From contig JAZJYZ010000001.1 in NCBI GenBank assembly GCA_040390125.1, forward strand, positions 163,698-227,697: a DNA stretch of 64,000 nt, written 5' to 3'. The notes beneath the pieces were generated by a model. It ran no database searches. It was not told the origin of the DNA and worked only from the letters and a program-made list of their open reading frames with translations. The first letter of the stretch is position 1. Each line of letters begins with the position of its first letter. Below, piece by piece: positions 20,194-30,773 of this stretch. Position numbers and translations under genes: made by a program. The DNA is from Patescibacteria group bacterium (GTDB taxonomy: Bacteria > Patescibacteriota > Minisyncoccia > Phycocordibacterales > Phycocordibacteraceae).

Positions 20194-21087
20194 TTGCACT
20201 GCATGAGTAATCTTAAAACGAGTCGCACTACAGGATACCAAAAGGTCGCTACCGGGCAGGTGTTCCTCATCGGCATCCTTGTTTTTGGGAATATTTTTGT
20301 ATGGACTATTCCTGTTCCGCACGGGCTTAAAGTTTCATTCCTCAACATTGGACAAGGGGATTCTATTTTTATAGAAGGGCCTACTGGCATACAAATGCTT
20401 GTCGATGCGGGACCTCCAGACAAGTCAGTACTGCGAGAACTTGGAAGCGTAATGCCTCTTTTTGATCGCTCCATCGATGCAGTAGTAGAGACGCATCCCG
20501 ACCAAGATCACCTTGGAGGTATTCCTGATGTGTTTGACCGCTATCAGGTCGGGACATTTTTAGAGCCAGGAATTCCAAATGACACAAAAGCAACGAAGGC
20601 TGTTGTGCTCGCAGTAGAGAAGTCAGGAGTAAAAGATATTGTTGCGAGGCGGGGTATGCGGTTAATTCTTGGCGGTGGGGCATACGCGGATATTCTTTTC
20701 CCTGATAGGGATCTACCAAAGATTGAAACGAACACTGGCTCAATAGTAATGCGTGTTGTGTATGGAAACACATCGTTTTTATTAAACGGGGATTCTCCGC
20801 AGGTAATTGAAAAATATTTGGTGTCAATTGATGGCAAACAACTTCAAAGCACTGTGCTTAAAGCAGGGCACCATGGCTCGAAAAGTTCGAGTACTTCTGA
20901 ATTTGTGAAAGTAGTGAACCCGAAGTACGGAATTTTCTCGAGAGGGTGTGACAATAAATACGGACATCCAGCACCTATCGTCGCTCAATTGTTTTCGAAT
21001 CTGCAGATCCCGATCTTTGATACGTGCACTGATGGGCGTATTACGTTTATCTCTGACGGGGAGAGTCTTGCTATAAAAAGGCAATAA
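20194..21087 (+). CDS. Stand-alone ComEC/Rec2-type metallo-beta-lactamase domain protein with one N-terminal TM anchor
   Basis: HPDQDHLGG MBL motif and KAGHHGSKSS typical of the ComEC C-terminal nuclease domain. Confidence 0.8.
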   Translation: MHCMSNLKTSRTTGYQKVATGQVFLIGILVFGNIFVWTIPVPHGLKVSFLNIGQGDSIFIEGPTGIQMLVDAGPPDKSVLRELGSVMPLFDRSIDAVVETHPDQDHLGGIPDVFDRYQVGTFLEPGIPNDTKATKAVVLAVEKSGVKDIVARRGMRLILGGGAYADILFPDRDLPKIETNTGSIVMRVVYGNTSFLLNGDSPQVIEKYLVSIDGKQLQSTVLKAGHHGSKSSSTSEFVKVVNPKYGIFSRGCDNKYGHPAPIVAQLFSNLQIPIFDTCTDGRITFISDGESLAIKRQ

Positions 21088-21124
21088 TGAATCGTGTGCA
21101 ATCGGGCGCTGTAGAGGTACTATT

Positions 21125-21328
21125 TTATCTGAAGCTACCTGTCAAACAGAAACCGCATTTATCAAACATTATTGGGGCCCTCTTCGCACATGCAGAACAT
21201 GTTTCAACAGCCTCTTCACCTCGAGCTGCTTTAAGGGCATGTTCGACTAGATCGAGGTCGATGGTATGGCGATCCCCCCTGAAAGGAGGGACGAGTCTTA
21301 ATTTTGATTCTGTTTTTGGTTCGCCCAT
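21125..21328 (-). CDS. Hypothetical 67-aa zinc-ribbon ORF (CSAC-x10-CGFC) downstream of rpmB
   Basis: ORF only; overlaps an alternative plus-strand ORF. Confidence 0.25.
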   Translation of the reverse strand: MGEPKTESKLRLVPPFRGDRHTIDLDLVEHALKAARGEEAVETCSACAKRAPIMFDKCGFCLTGSFR

Positions 21329-21378
21329 ATCAATAGTACAGAGATGAATCTGCAGGTAACGTACAAGTGTATTAGTGA

Positions 21379-21621
21379 CTAAATGACGTTTGCTTTTCTG
21401 AGGGTCTTGAATGCACCACGTTTTGCAATGGTTTTTACTGCACGAGCAGAGAGGAGAACAGAGATGTGTTTATTCAATTCTGGTACGAATATCTTGTGCT
21501 TTTGGAGGTTAGCTTTGCGTCGAACTTTTCCGCATGGGTTGTACTGCGTAGCACGGGTACGGTTTGAATACCGACCTCCTACGAGAGATGATTTACCAGT
21601 TACAGCGCATGCTCTAGCCAT
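21379..21621 (-). CDS. rpmB: 50S ribosomal protein L28
   Basis: MARACAVTGKSSLVGGRYSNRTRATQYN... matches the L28 pattern. Confidence 0.85.
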   Translation of the reverse strand: MARACAVTGKSSLVGGRYSNRTRATQYNPCGKVRRKANLQKHKIFVPELNKHISVLLSARAVKTIAKRGAFKTLRKANVI

Positions 21622-21677
21622 AGTTTTTAGAGGATACCATGGAGGGATTCAAGATTCAAGAATTTAAAAGCTAGCAC

Positions 21678-22400
21678 CTAGAAGCTAGAACCTTTTTCAA
21701 GGTATGCAACAATCGTGCGACGCTTCCATGCAGAGCCGTCAGCATGCTTGTGCTTGAATGATTTTTCGATCTTGTGAATGGTGAAATAGGGCTCGAAGAA
21801 CCCTCGTACTGACTCTTCTGTCCACACATACTCAGCAGTGTGTATTTCTGGATGAATATACATGCCCATCTCATCTCCCGGGCTTTCACGAAGCAGGCGT
21901 TTTGCATGGGAATCATCGTCAAGGAGAAATGATTTGAAAAAGAGCCACCCACCTGGTTTTAAAACACGAAGAATTTCTTGTCGGAGATTTTCACGCCCGG
22001 CTTGTTTCAAGACATGCGAGCTCATCATGTCGAGTGCGATGGTAACGGAATTGTCAGGCAAAGGAATTGGTTTTTCCATGTCTTGTACAAAAAATTTGAT
22101 AGGCAATCCTTCGCCAGCTTTTTTAGCAACAGTGATGGCGACTTCTGAAAGATCGTACCCAACACCACGCATGCCGAATGCATTTGCAAGGTAAATGAGG
22201 TTACGTCCGTTACCACATCCAACGTCGAGCGCTTGTGCCGTAACGTTCAGAAATTTCTTTCCATGTTCACGTATTAAATAGCGTGAGAATTTTTCAAGAT
22301 CTTCCGAAGGCTCGGTCGAGAGTGCAAGATGAGGATTTGCCCCACCGGTGCGGTTTGATTTACCGTATTCCTTATTCCAGAAATTGTTTTGTTTGGACAT
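21678..22400 (-). CDS. Class I SAM-dependent methyltransferase
   Basis: LDVGCGNGRNLIYLA motif I. Confidence 0.8.
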   Translation of the reverse strand: MSKQNNFWNKEYGKSNRTGGANPHLALSTEPSEDLEKFSRYLIREHGKKFLNVTAQALDVGCGNGRNLIYLANAFGMRGVGYDLSEVAITVAKKAGEGLPIKFFVQDMEKPIPLPDNSVTIALDMMSSHVLKQAGRENLRQEILRVLKPGGWLFFKSFLLDDDSHAKRLLRESPGDEMGMYIHPEIHTAEYVWTEESVRGFFEPYFTIHKIEKSFKHKHADGSAWKRRTIVAYLEKGSSF

Positions 22401-22460
22401 ACAGGTAGCTGTCAGCTTTCAGGTGTCAGCTTTCAGCTTTAAATCTAGAACTTCATAATT

Positions 22461-23201
22461 CTATTTGAGGGCTCCTTGGTGGCTTCGGCTCCACTCATAA
22501 AAAACGATTGCGGCTGAAGCGGCGGCGTTTAATGACTCTGTGCGTGGATGTACGGGAATGCGGAGCAGTATGTCACAAAGCTCTTCAGTTTTTTCACGAA
22601 TTCCTTTTCCTTCGTTGCCTACAATAAATAGTGATGGCTCGCTGAAAGATTCATCGATGAGAGATTGTGCCCCTTTACCTGCGAGCCCATATGTCCAAAA
22701 TCCTTTATCTTTTAGAAGTCGAATTGTTTGATTTACATTGCCAATCGTAACGAGTGGAATTCGGAATGCCATGCCCGCTGAAGTTTTTACCACGGCTCCT
22801 GTTATTGGGGCAGTGCGATGTTCAGGAATAAGGACAGCAGAGAGTCCCATTGCGGCGGCAGAGCGAATGATTGCACCGACGTTGTGCGGGTCTTGGAGTT
22901 CTCCTAAAAGCACGAGTGCGGGTTTTTTAGCAATGTTGAGTGTTTGTATGAATGTTTCAAATGGTACCAACAAAGCTTCGGTGTCGATGATAGCGACGAT
23001 ACCTTGATGAACCGCATCGTTTCCCACCATGTCGCTCCCTTTGAGTGTTGCAATGGTTATTTTTTTCTTCTCTAAAAGATTTTTTATTTTCTCATCATCA
23101 AAGACTGGGGAAAGGAAAACTTTCTTTACCACGTGCGTAGCGTGTTCGACCGCCTCAGCGACTGCGTGCTTTCCATAGATGTAGACCTTTTCTCGTTGCA
23201 T
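22461..23201 (-). CDS. SpoU/TrmH-family RNA 2'-O-methyltransferase (RlmB-like)
   Basis: 246-aa ORF reading as a SpoU/TrmH-class RNA methyltransferase (NVGAIIRSAAAMG stretch). Confidence 0.85.
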   Translation of the reverse strand: MQREKVYIYGKHAVAEAVEHATHVVKKVFLSPVFDDEKIKNLLEKKKITIATLKGSDMVGNDAVHQGIVAIIDTEALLVPFETFIQTLNIAKKPALVLLGELQDPHNVGAIIRSAAAMGLSAVLIPEHRTAPITGAVVKTSAGMAFRIPLVTIGNVNQTIRLLKDKGFWTYGLAGKGAQSLIDESFSEPSLFIVGNEGKGIREKTEELCDILLRIPVHPRTESLNAAASAAIVFYEWSRSHQGALK

Positions 23202-23395
23202 ATTTTTTAGCTTTCAGCTGTTAGCTTACCGCCTAGCGAGGTGAGAGGAAAGCGAATTCTTGCTTTCCCGAGGGAGCGACGGCGGAAAACCCTTTTAGGG
23301 TTTATAAGCTTATAGCTTTAAACAGCAAAGTTTCAAAAGACTTTCTTCTCCTCCCTGAAAGCTGTAAGCTATAACCTGAAAGCTGGTAGTTCAAT

Positions 23396-24025
23396 ATGGA
23401 ATTTCTCATCGGCATCGTAATAGTCATTCTTTCAATCATCTTCCACGAAGTGGCACATGGATATGTGGCTGATTGGCTAGGCGACCCTACTGCTCGCTAC
23501 GCAGGAAGGCTTACCTTGAACCCTGTACCACACGTAGACCCAATAGGTTCTATAGCTATTCCCGGTATTCTTGCCTTGACTGGCTCCCCGTTTTTGATTG
23601 GTTGGGCAAAACCTGTTCCGTATAACCCCTACAATTTAAAGAACCAGCGTTGGGGCGAGGCACTCGTTGGTTTAGCAGGTCCAGCGACCAACATCCTTAT
23701 CGCCCTTATATTTGGGCTTATTTTGAGATTTTCTGCCCCCCTGGGCATTTCCGGTGCCTTGCTCGGGGTATTTGTAATGGTTATTTATACCAACCTGGTA
23801 CTCGCTATATACAACATGATTCCGATACCACCCCTTGATGGGTCAAAAGTGCTTTCTGCAATACTTCCGCTCCAATTGCGTATGGGGTACAAGCGGTTAG
23901 AGGCTTCTATGTATGCCCTCGGTCCCTTTGGTCTTATTGGGGTGAGCTTAGTTGCCATATACCTCTTATGGCCGGTGCTTTCAGGTTTTGTGCAGGCTCT
24001 TTTCTCCTTGATCGTAGGGACATGA
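23396..24025 (+). CDS. Site-2-protease-like (M50 family) membrane Zn metalloprotease
   Basis: HEVAH (HExxH) inside the first TM helix; polytopic. Confidence 0.8.
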   Translation: MEFLIGIVIVILSIIFHEVAHGYVADWLGDPTARYAGRLTLNPVPHVDPIGSIAIPGILALTGSPFLIGWAKPVPYNPYNLKNQRWGEALVGLAGPATNILIALIFGLILRFSAPLGISGALLGVFVMVIYTNLVLAIYNMIPIPPLDGSKVLSAILPLQLRMGYKRLEASMYALGPFGLIGVSLVAIYLLWPVLSGFVQALFSLIVGT

Positions 24026-24099
24026 GGCCTTGTCTGTTGCGTTTTTAAGCCTTGCCTTGTATAGTATCCGAACTGCCCTTGCGCAGTTTTTTCGTAACA

Positions 24100-24513
24100 A
24101 TGGCTACCATAAATCAACTGAGGAAGAATCCTCGCCGAAAAGCATCTCGAAAGACGAAAACCGTTGCGTTGTCTCGTGGTTTCAACGTTCTCAAAAATCG
24201 CCCTACATTCTACCCATCGCCTTTCAAGCGTGGTGTTTGTACAAAAGTAACAACAAAGACACCAAGAAAGCCTAACTCAGCTGTCCGAAAGATTGCTCGT
24301 GTCCGCCTTACAAACGGCATGGAGGTGACCGCCTACATTCCTGGCGAGGGTCACAATTTGCAGGAACACTCCGTTGTTATGCTTCGTGGTGGCCGTACTA
24401 AAGACCTTTCACTCCGTTACAAAGTGGTCCGTGGACGCCTTGACGCAGCCGGTCTTGAAAAACGTCGTCGTGGACGAAGCCGTTACGGAAGTAAACGCCC
24501 AAAGGCAAAATAA
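24100..24513 (+). CDS. rpsL: 30S ribosomal protein S12
   Basis: [14 protein letters not shown]...PNSAVRK; start at ATG 24100 within the longer track ORF. Confidence 0.95.
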   Translation: MATINQLRKNPRRKASRKTKTVALSRGFNVLKNRPTFYPSPFKRGVCTKVTTKTPRKPNSAVRKIARVRLTNGMEVTAYIPGEGHNLQEHSVVMLRGGRTKDLSLRYKVVRGRLDAAGLEKRRRGRSRYGSKRPKAK

Positions 24514-24516
24514 TAT

Positions 24517-24987
24517 ATGCGTAGACGACTCAAAAAACAGAACGTCATTGCTCCTGATTCAAAATATGAATCAGAGTTTTTGGCACGATTCATCAATACC
24601 GTTATGTGGGATGGAAAGAAAAGCATCGCACAGACGATTGTTTACGATGCCCTCGACGAAATAAAGAAGCGTGATGACACACTCGATCCAATAGTTGTTT
24701 TTGATACAGCCATTTCAAATGTAAGCCCAACAATTGAAGTTCGTTCACGTCGTGTTGGTGGTGCAAACTATCAAGTTCCTCGTGAAGTACGGCCTGAACG
24801 TCGTCGCTCGCTCGCATTCAGATGGATTGTTACTGCTGCTCGTGCAAAGAAAGGAAAGCCAATGGCTTTGAAGCTTGCTGATGAGCTCATGGCAGCGTCA
24901 AAAAATGAAGGAAGTGCAGTGAAGAAGCGTGAAGACGTACACCGCATGGCAGAATCCAACCGTGCCTTTGCTCACTTGGCTTGGTAA
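24517..24987 (+). CDS. rpsG: 30S ribosomal protein S7
   Basis: S7 sequence, immediately after rpsL. Confidence 0.95.
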   Translation: MRRRLKKQNVIAPDSKYESEFLARFINTVMWDGKKSIAQTIVYDALDEIKKRDDTLDPIVVFDTAISNVSPTIEVRSRRVGGANYQVPREVRPERRRSLAFRWIVTAARAKKGKPMALKLADELMAASKNEGSAVKKREDVHRMAESNRAFAHLAW

Positions 24988-24992
24988 ATAGT

Positions 24993-25247
24993 ATGAGTGA
25001 GCGTGAAGTGAGAGAGGGTTTTATACGAGGTGCACTAGAGGAGATTTTGACGACACCCGATAGAGCGGCACGTTTGTTAAGTGCTTTACCTAAGGGGGAG
25101 CGTACTGCGGTTGCTTCTGGAGCTTTTGATAGGATAGAAGCTGCTTTAGGTAGTCGAGATCCTCAAGATGTTGAAGCTCTCGGAACCACAGGAGGAATTA
25201 TTGATGCTTATATGGATGTGCATGTAAGAGGAAATCGTCCGAAATAA
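24993..25247 (+). CDS. Hypothetical 84-aa protein inserted between rpsG and fusA
   Basis: ORF with locally elevated GC; unusual position inside the str operon. Confidence 0.35.
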   Translation: MSEREVREGFIRGALEEILTTPDRAARLLSALPKGERTAVASGAFDRIEAALGSRDPQDVEALGTTGGIIDAYMDVHVRGNRPK

Positions 25248-25249
25248 GT

Positions 25250-25501
25250 ATGGTTCGTGAAAATAGTCCGATTGCAGGCAGAATCGGCAGGCGCAGTACG
25301 CCAGCAGAAATAGAAGCCGAAATTGAAAGACTCAGGGAAGACTTGCGGGCAAGTGACGGAGACCCAGCATCCAACCAACCGCTCGTATCGAATATAAAAA
25401 TTCTTCAGGAAATGTTGAACAAAAGAAGAAGCAAGGAACGAAAGCAAGAGAAAAAACCAAAAGCAACTATTACCACATTAAAACCGAGGTCAAAGAAATA
25501 A
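25250..25501 (+). CDS. Hypothetical 83-aa protein with a coiled-coil-like N-terminal half and a lysine-rich C-terminus
   Basis: ORF starting right after the previous stop; EIEAEIERLREDL heptads. Confidence 0.35.
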   Translation: MVRENSPIAGRIGRRSTPAEIEAEIERLREDLRASDGDPASNQPLVSNIKILQEMLNKRRSKERKQEKKPKATITTLKPRSKK

Positions 25502-25513
25502 TTTTTTAATACT

Positions 25514-27667
25514 ATGGGCAAAAGAGACTATCCATTGGACAGAGTTCGAAACTTCGGCATCATTGCGCACATTGATGCAGGTAAGACGACAACCTCTGAG
25601 CGTGTTTTGTACTACACGGGCTCTCAACACAAAATCGGCGAAGTGCACGAAGGAGAGACGACGACCGACTGGATGGAGCAAGAGCGTGAGCGTGGTATCA
25701 CCATTACCTCCGCTGCTATTACGTGTTTCTGGACACCCACTGAAGAGACAGATAAGAAAGACACGAGCAAAAAAATTCGCTTTAACGTCATCGACACTCC
25801 TGGACACATCGACTTCACCATTGAAGTGAAGCGCTCGCTTCGTGTGCTTGACGGCGCTGTGGTGGTTTTTGATGGCGTTGCAGGGGTTGAGCCACAATCA
25901 GAAACAAACTGGCGTTACGCTGACGAAGGAAAAGTTCCTCGCATTTGTTTCATCAATAAACTCGACCGAACTGGCGCATCATTTGAGCGTTCCTACGCAT
26001 CTATTTTAGACCGCCTCACCAAGGACGCTGTTCGCATGCAGGTTCCGATTGGTGAAGAAGGAGATCATGTGGGTGTTGTAGAGCTGTTGACTCGTGAAGC
26101 AGTGTATTTCGATGGTGACATGGGTGAGATTGTTCGTCGTGAAAAAGAAATTCCAGAAAATTTGAAAGCAGATGTTGAAAAGTATCGTGGTGAGCTCATT
26201 GAGAAAATTGTTTCTGAGGATGACGCCATGATGTCGAGCTACCTCGACGGTGTTGAACCATCTCTTGCTGATTTGAAAAAGACGCTCCGCAAAGCAGTCA
26301 TTGATAACAAAATTGTTCCTGTATATGCAGGCTCAGCACTGAAGAACAAAGGTGTTCAGCTTGTGCTCGATGCTGTGGTGGAATACCTCCCATCACCACT
26401 CGATTTGCCACCAACCAAAGGTATTAATCCAGACACAGGTGAAGAAGTATTCCGCAATGCTTCAGACGATGAGCCATTCTGTGCACTCGTCTTTAAACTC
26501 CAGACTGACCCATTCGTGGGGGCACTTTCATTTTTCCGTGTGTACTCAGGAAAAATTGAAGCAGGTTCGTATGTATACAACGCATCAACTGGCGTAAAGG
26601 AACGCCTTGGACGTATTGTGCGTCTTCAGGCTGACAAGCGTGAAGAAGTGAAAGAAGTTTTCACTGGGGAAATTGCAGCAGCAGTGGGCCTCAAAGAAGC
26701 AAAGACTTCTAACACGCTTGCTGACGAAGCAAACCCAATGATTCTTGAAATCATTAAGGCACCAGACCCAGTGGTTTCGATGCGTATTGAACCAAAAACA
26801 AAGGGTGACCAAGAAAGAATGGGTATGGCACTCAAAAAACTTTCTGATGAAGACCCAAGCTTCCGTGTCACCTCAGACGCTGAAACTATGGAAACAATTA
26901 TTGCAGGCATGGGTGAGCTTCACCTTGAAATTCTTGTTGACCGTATGAAACGTGAGTTCAATGTGGATGCAACCACAGGCAAACCACAAGTTGCGTACCG
27001 AGAAACAATTCAGAAAGAAGCAGAAGCAAATCATAAATACATTAAGCAAACTGGAGGTAAGGGTCAGTACGGTCACGTGGCAATTAAAATCAGGCCAATG
27101 GAACCGCTTGACCCTGGTGCAAAAGTAAAGAACAACGTGAAGCGTGAAGCGCACTTCGAGTTCATAAACAACATTAAGGGGGGTGTTATTCCACAAGAAT
27201 TTATTCCTGCAGTTGAGAAGGGTATTCGTGAAGCGATGGAGCGAGGTATTGTTGCAGGATTTAAAATGGAAGACATTTCAGTCGATCTCTTTGACGGTTC
27301 ATCTCACGATGTCGACTCATCAGAAATCGCATTCAAAATTGCGGCATCAATGGCATTCAAAGAGGCTGCTGAGCGTGCACGGCCAGTCTTGCTCGAGCCA
27401 GTCATGAAAGTTGAAGTCGTGGTACCGGAGAAATTCATGGGTGATATCACAGGGCACGTGACTTCAAAGCGAGGTGCGATTGATTCAATAGAAGAGCGAG
27501 GTATGGCAAAGGTAGTGAACGCAAAAGTGCCACTTTCAGAAATGTTCGGCTACACAACAGCGCTTCGTTCCATGACCGAGGGTCGTGGCGTTATGGCAAT
27601 GGAATTCGATCACTACGAAGTCGTTCCGCAAAACGTTGCTGAGACTATCAAGGCTGCACGGAAGTGA
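25514..27667 (+). CDS. fusA: Elongation factor G
   Basis: 717-aa ORF reading as EF-G throughout (G motifs AHIDAGKTT and DTPGH plus the domain IV-V region). Confidence 0.97.
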   Translation: MGKRDYPLDRVRNFGIIAHIDAGKTTTSERVLYYTGSQHKIGEVHEGETTTDWMEQERERGITITSAAITCFWTPTEETDKKDTSKKIRFNVIDTPGHIDFTIEVKRSLRVLDGAVVVFDGVAGVEPQSETNWRYADEGKVPRICFINKLDRTGASFERSYASILDRLTKDAVRMQVPIGEEGDHVGVVELLTREAVYFDGDMGEIVRREKEIPENLKADVEKYRGELIEKIVSEDDAMMSSYLDGVEPSLADLKKTLRKAVIDNKIVPVYAGSALKNKGVQLVLDAVVEYLPSPLDLPPTKGINPDTGEEVFRNASDDEPFCALVFKLQTDPFVGALSFFRVYSGKIEAGSYVYNASTGVKERLGRIVRLQADKREEVKEVFTGEIAAAVGLKEAKTSNTLADEANPMILEIIKAPDPVVSMRIEPKTKGDQERMGMALKKLSDEDPSFRVTSDAETMETIIAGMGELHLEILVDRMKREFNVDATTGKPQVAYRETIQKEAEANHKYIKQTGGKGQYGHVAIKIRPMEPLDPGAKVKNNVKREAHFEFINNIKGGVIPQEFIPAVEKGIREAMERGIVAGFKMEDISVDLFDGSSHDVDSSEIAFKIAASMAFKEAAERARPVLLEPVMKVEVVVPEKFMGDITGHVTSKRGAIDSIEERGMAKVVNAKVPLSEMFGYTTALRSMTEGRGVMAMEFDHYEVVPQNVAETIKAARK

Positions 27668-27704
27668 TTAACGTGCGTTCTTGTAGGTAGGAAGCGTAGG
27701 GTGT

Positions 27705-28031
27705 ATGACCTCAAGAGCCTCGGAAAAAATTAAAACTCAAAGAGAAATTGTTAGGCTAAAATTTGTTCGACCTAAAACTTTTAAAGAAGCCAATCTACGA
27801 TTGGCGGATCTAAAAAAGACACTGGGGAAAATTGATTCGCAACTGAGTAGCGAGTTGTTTCGTAATCGTTTTCCTGATGCAGTAAGTTACGCACGATGGC
27901 GACGCAGTGCCTATAAGGCTAAAGCTTTTTGTGGAATTGAAATGGCATTCATCAAAGGTGTGTTGAAACAGTTCAAGAAAAATAACTCTAGACAAAAAGG
28001 GGCTCTACCAATAATCGCTCCTCATTCTTAA
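27705..28031 (+). CDS. Hypothetical 108-aa basic ORF in the fusA-tuf spacer
   Basis: ORF only. Confidence 0.2.
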   Translation: MTSRASEKIKTQREIVRLKFVRPKTFKEANLRLADLKKTLGKIDSQLSSELFRNRFPDAVSYARWRRSAYKAKAFCGIEMAFIKGVLKQFKKNNSRQKGALPIIAPHS

Positions 28032-28722
28032 AAATCCTTAAAGTGTTTTTGATTGTTTTTTATGGCACACGGTTTTAGAGAGGGAACTTCTGCTGTTAAC
28101 ACTACGTGCCCTTTTTGTTTAAAAACTATTATGGTCATTAGAGATGGCCTTAGGAGGAAGATATTGCCACATTTCTCCACGAATACGAAGGGTGCTACTG
28201 AAGGTTGCGAGGGTAACGGGCGTGCAATCGAGGATTCGGATTAGTATTCCACAACACTCCGAACATTCTCTTGCGTAGTGAAACTAAGCGGAATACTATA
28301 GGTCTTATATGGAGGGTAGTACCCATCGGTTAGTGAGCTTTGGTAGGTCTTTTGTTGTAAGCAAAGGAGCAGATGTGAAACATAGGGGGATGAAGCGCCT
28401 TCCAGAAGACAGAAGCGTGCAAGGCCAGGATGGCTCAGCAGACAGGCATAATCGTACTCGTTTGAGGGGAAAGCGGGTTCGTTTCGATCCGAACGCACCA
28501 TTCCCAACTTTGATGTAATTGTGCTTGAAATTCGAACCTGATTCTTGACTCTTTTTAAGCTTTCAGATACAGTACCCCGTAACGCTTCACGCGTTCTTTT
28601 CGTCTACGATTCCTGGTTGTGCGGGCTTTCGGAGCGAAGCAAGGGCTCGGTGGTTTTTCTTAGCTCTTTGATTTAGAATTTACTAGTCCCTATACACTAA
28701 ACACTAATCACTAATTTATAAT

Positions 28723-29919
28723 ATGGTAGATTTCGCACGCACTAAGCCTCACGTCAACGTCGGTACTATCGGCCACGTCGACCACGGCAAGACTACCCTC
28801 ACTGCGGCTATCCTTTCCGTTCTTGCAAAGGCAGGAAATGGATACAGCGCATCAGTGAAGGACGTCGCTCAGATCGACAATGCACCTGAAGAAAAGGCTC
28901 GTGGTATTACCATCTCCCTTTCGCACTCCGAGTACGAATCACCAGCTCGCCACTACGCACACATCGATGCTCCTGGCCACGCTGACTACATCAAGAACAT
29001 GATTACTGGTGCCGCCCAAATGGACGGTGCAATTCTCGTTGTTGCTGCAACGGACGGTGTGATGCCTCAAACGCGTGAACACATTCTCCTCGCTAAGCAA
29101 GTTGGTGTACCAAAGGTCATTGTTTTCTTGAACAAGGTTGACATGGTTGACGATAAAGACCTCGTTGAGCTCGTTGAAGAAGAAGTTCGTGAGCTCCTCA
29201 CCAAGCAAGGCTTTGATGGTGCTGCAACTCCGGTTATCCGTGGTTCAGGCTTGAAGGCTCTTGAGAATCCAGCACCAGGCAACGAATGGTCTGAGAAGAT
29301 CATGGAGCTTGTAAAGGCACTCGATGATTACATTCCACAGCCAGAGAGAGACGTTTCTAAGCCATTCCTTATGCCAATTGAGGACATTTTCTCGATTGAA
29401 GGACGTGGCACCGTGGTTACTGGCCGTATTGAGCGTGGTCAGATAAAAGTAGGTGAAGAAGTTGAAATTGTCGGCCTCCAGCCAACAGTTAAGACCACTA
29501 TCACTGGTATTGAAATGTTCAACAAGTCCTTGCAAGAAGGTATGGCAGGCGACAACGCAGGCATCTTGCTCCGTGGTACGAAGAAAGAAGACGTACACCG
29601 TGGACAAGTTCTCGGAAAGACTGGCACCGTTACTCCGCACACTGACTTTGAAGCAGAAGTCTACATTCTCTCAAAGGAAGAAGGAGGTCGTCACACACCG
29701 TTCTTTACAGGCTACAAGCCACAGTTCTACGTCCGCACTACTGACGTCACTGGCGATGTAACCTTGCCTGAAGGAGTTGAAATGGTTATGCCAGGAGATA
29801 CCGTGAAGTTTAAAGTGAAACTTGTAGCACCAGTTGCCCTTGAAGAACAACAGCGCTTTGCTATCCGTGAAGGAGGTAAGACTGTCGGTGCTGGCGTGGT
29901 AACGAAGATAGTTGCGTAA
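28723..29919 (+). CDS. tuf: Elongation factor Tu
   Basis: [10 protein letters not shown] and DAPGHADY motifs; 398 aa. Confidence 0.97.
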   Translation: MVDFARTKPHVNVGTIGHVDHGKTTLTAAILSVLAKAGNGYSASVKDVAQIDNAPEEKARGITISLSHSEYESPARHYAHIDAPGHADYIKNMITGAAQMDGAILVVAATDGVMPQTREHILLAKQVGVPKVIVFLNKVDMVDDKDLVELVEEEVRELLTKQGFDGAATPVIRGSGLKALENPAPGNEWSEKIMELVKALDDYIPQPERDVSKPFLMPIEDIFSIEGRGTVVTGRIERGQIKVGEEVEIVGLQPTVKTTITGIEMFNKSLQEGMAGDNAGILLRGTKKEDVHRGQVLGKTGTVTPHTDFEAEVYILSKEEGGRHTPFFTGYKPQFYVRTTDVTGDVTLPEGVEMVMPGDTVKFKVKLVAPVALEEQQRFAIREGGKTVGAGVVTKIVA

Positions 29920-30016
29920 ATTAGAACGTAGAAAGTTGTAGGTAGAATGTAGAAAACATTTCAGCAAAGAAAGTTCTTTAAAAAACTACATACTACCTGC
30001 TACTTACTACCCACTT

Positions 30017-30406
30017 GTGCATATGGCTGAAGAAACAACAACAAAAGCAAAAACGAAGCGTGTAACAAAAAAGAGCGTGGGTGCTGTGGCACCTGCAACT
30101 ACTTCGAAGTTGCGCCTTCGTGTGCGAGCCTATGATCACAAGGTCTTGGATGCTTCAGTGAAGCAGATTATCGACACCGCACTCCGTTTTGATGCGGAGG
30201 TTGTAGGTCCTATCCCGCTTCCAACTGACATCAAGAAGTTCACCGTGAACGCTTCGTCGTTCGTCTACAAAGATGCTCGTGAGCAGTTCGAGATTCGTAC
30301 ACATAAGCGAATTTTGGACATCGTAAACCCAACACCAAAAATCATTGATGCTTTGACGAACCTTTCGTTGCCATCAGGTGTCTCGGTTGATGTAAGGATG
30401 ATGTAG
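30017..30406 (+). CDS. rpsJ: 30S ribosomal protein S10 with a basic N-terminal extension
   Basis: [14 protein letters not shown]...FEIRTHKR S10 core. Confidence 0.93.
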   Translation: MHMAEETTTKAKTKRVTKKSVGAVAPATTSKLRLRVRAYDHKVLDASVKQIIDTALRFDAEVVGPIPLPTDIKKFTVNASSFVYKDAREQFEIRTHKRILDIVNPTPKIIDALTNLSLPSGVSVDVRMM

Positions 30407-30537
30407 TCGTTTGACGAGAATCGCAATCTGCTTTGTTGCAGGTTGCGGTGCTCTCTCGCCGTACGTAAGAGTACGGCTCGGTTTGCTCCTCGCCTGCGCC
30501 TCGCATCTCATCGATTCTCTCCAAACTCCAAATTAAA

Positions 30538-30566
30538 AACCGCCCGAAAGGGCGTTTTTTAATTTG
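30538..30566. terminator. Bidirectional rho-independent terminator aaaaaccgcccgaaagggcgtttttt
   Basis: GC-rich hairpin with A-run upstream and T-run downstream. Confidence 0.75.
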
Positions 30567-30597
30567 TGTTGCGTACAAGTTCTACGTTCCCCTGCTC

Positions 30598-30741
30598 TTA
30601 GGCTCTTTTATACCATTCTTTGGTAAGTTTATTGTATACATAATCGAATGGCATAGAAAAAGGATGAGGGTGGTGTTTAAAACCTGGACCAGTCGTTTCA
30701 TAACCACCTCGTCGTGAAATTAATTTTAGTCTCTCTTTCAT
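30598..30741 (-). CDS. Hypothetical 47-aa basic protein (MKERLKLISRRGGYETTGPGFKHHPHPFSMPFDYVYNKLTKEWYKRA), antisense to the S10 operon. The 61-aa track ORF starts inside the promoter, so the downstream ATG is preferred
   Basis: Consensus promoter immediately upstream and terminator immediately downstream on the minus strand. Confidence 0.3.
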   Translation of the reverse strand: MKERLKLISRRGGYETTGPGFKHHPHPFSMPFDYVYNKLTKEWYKRA

Positions 30742-30773
30742 AGATAAAATATAAGTTTTTAAGTGATACGTAA

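Noticed and set aside
28380-28445. Sequence ccagaagacagaagcgtgcaaggccagg loosely resembling the conserved SRP RNA domain IV motif (ccggaaggaagcagccaaggcag)
   Set aside because: No GNRA tetraloop and no extended hairpin pairing a 5' and 3' half could be drawn by eye; similarity is too weak without a covariance-model search.
28465-28545. T-loop-like strings (gggttcgtttcgatccgaacgcacca ending in ACCA, and aattcgaacc) that suggested a tRNA gene in the fusA-tuf spacer
   Set aside because: No acceptor, D, anticodon or T arm can be assembled on either strand with correct spacing; the first string folds as a simple hairpin. No tRNA genes were identified anywhere in the window.
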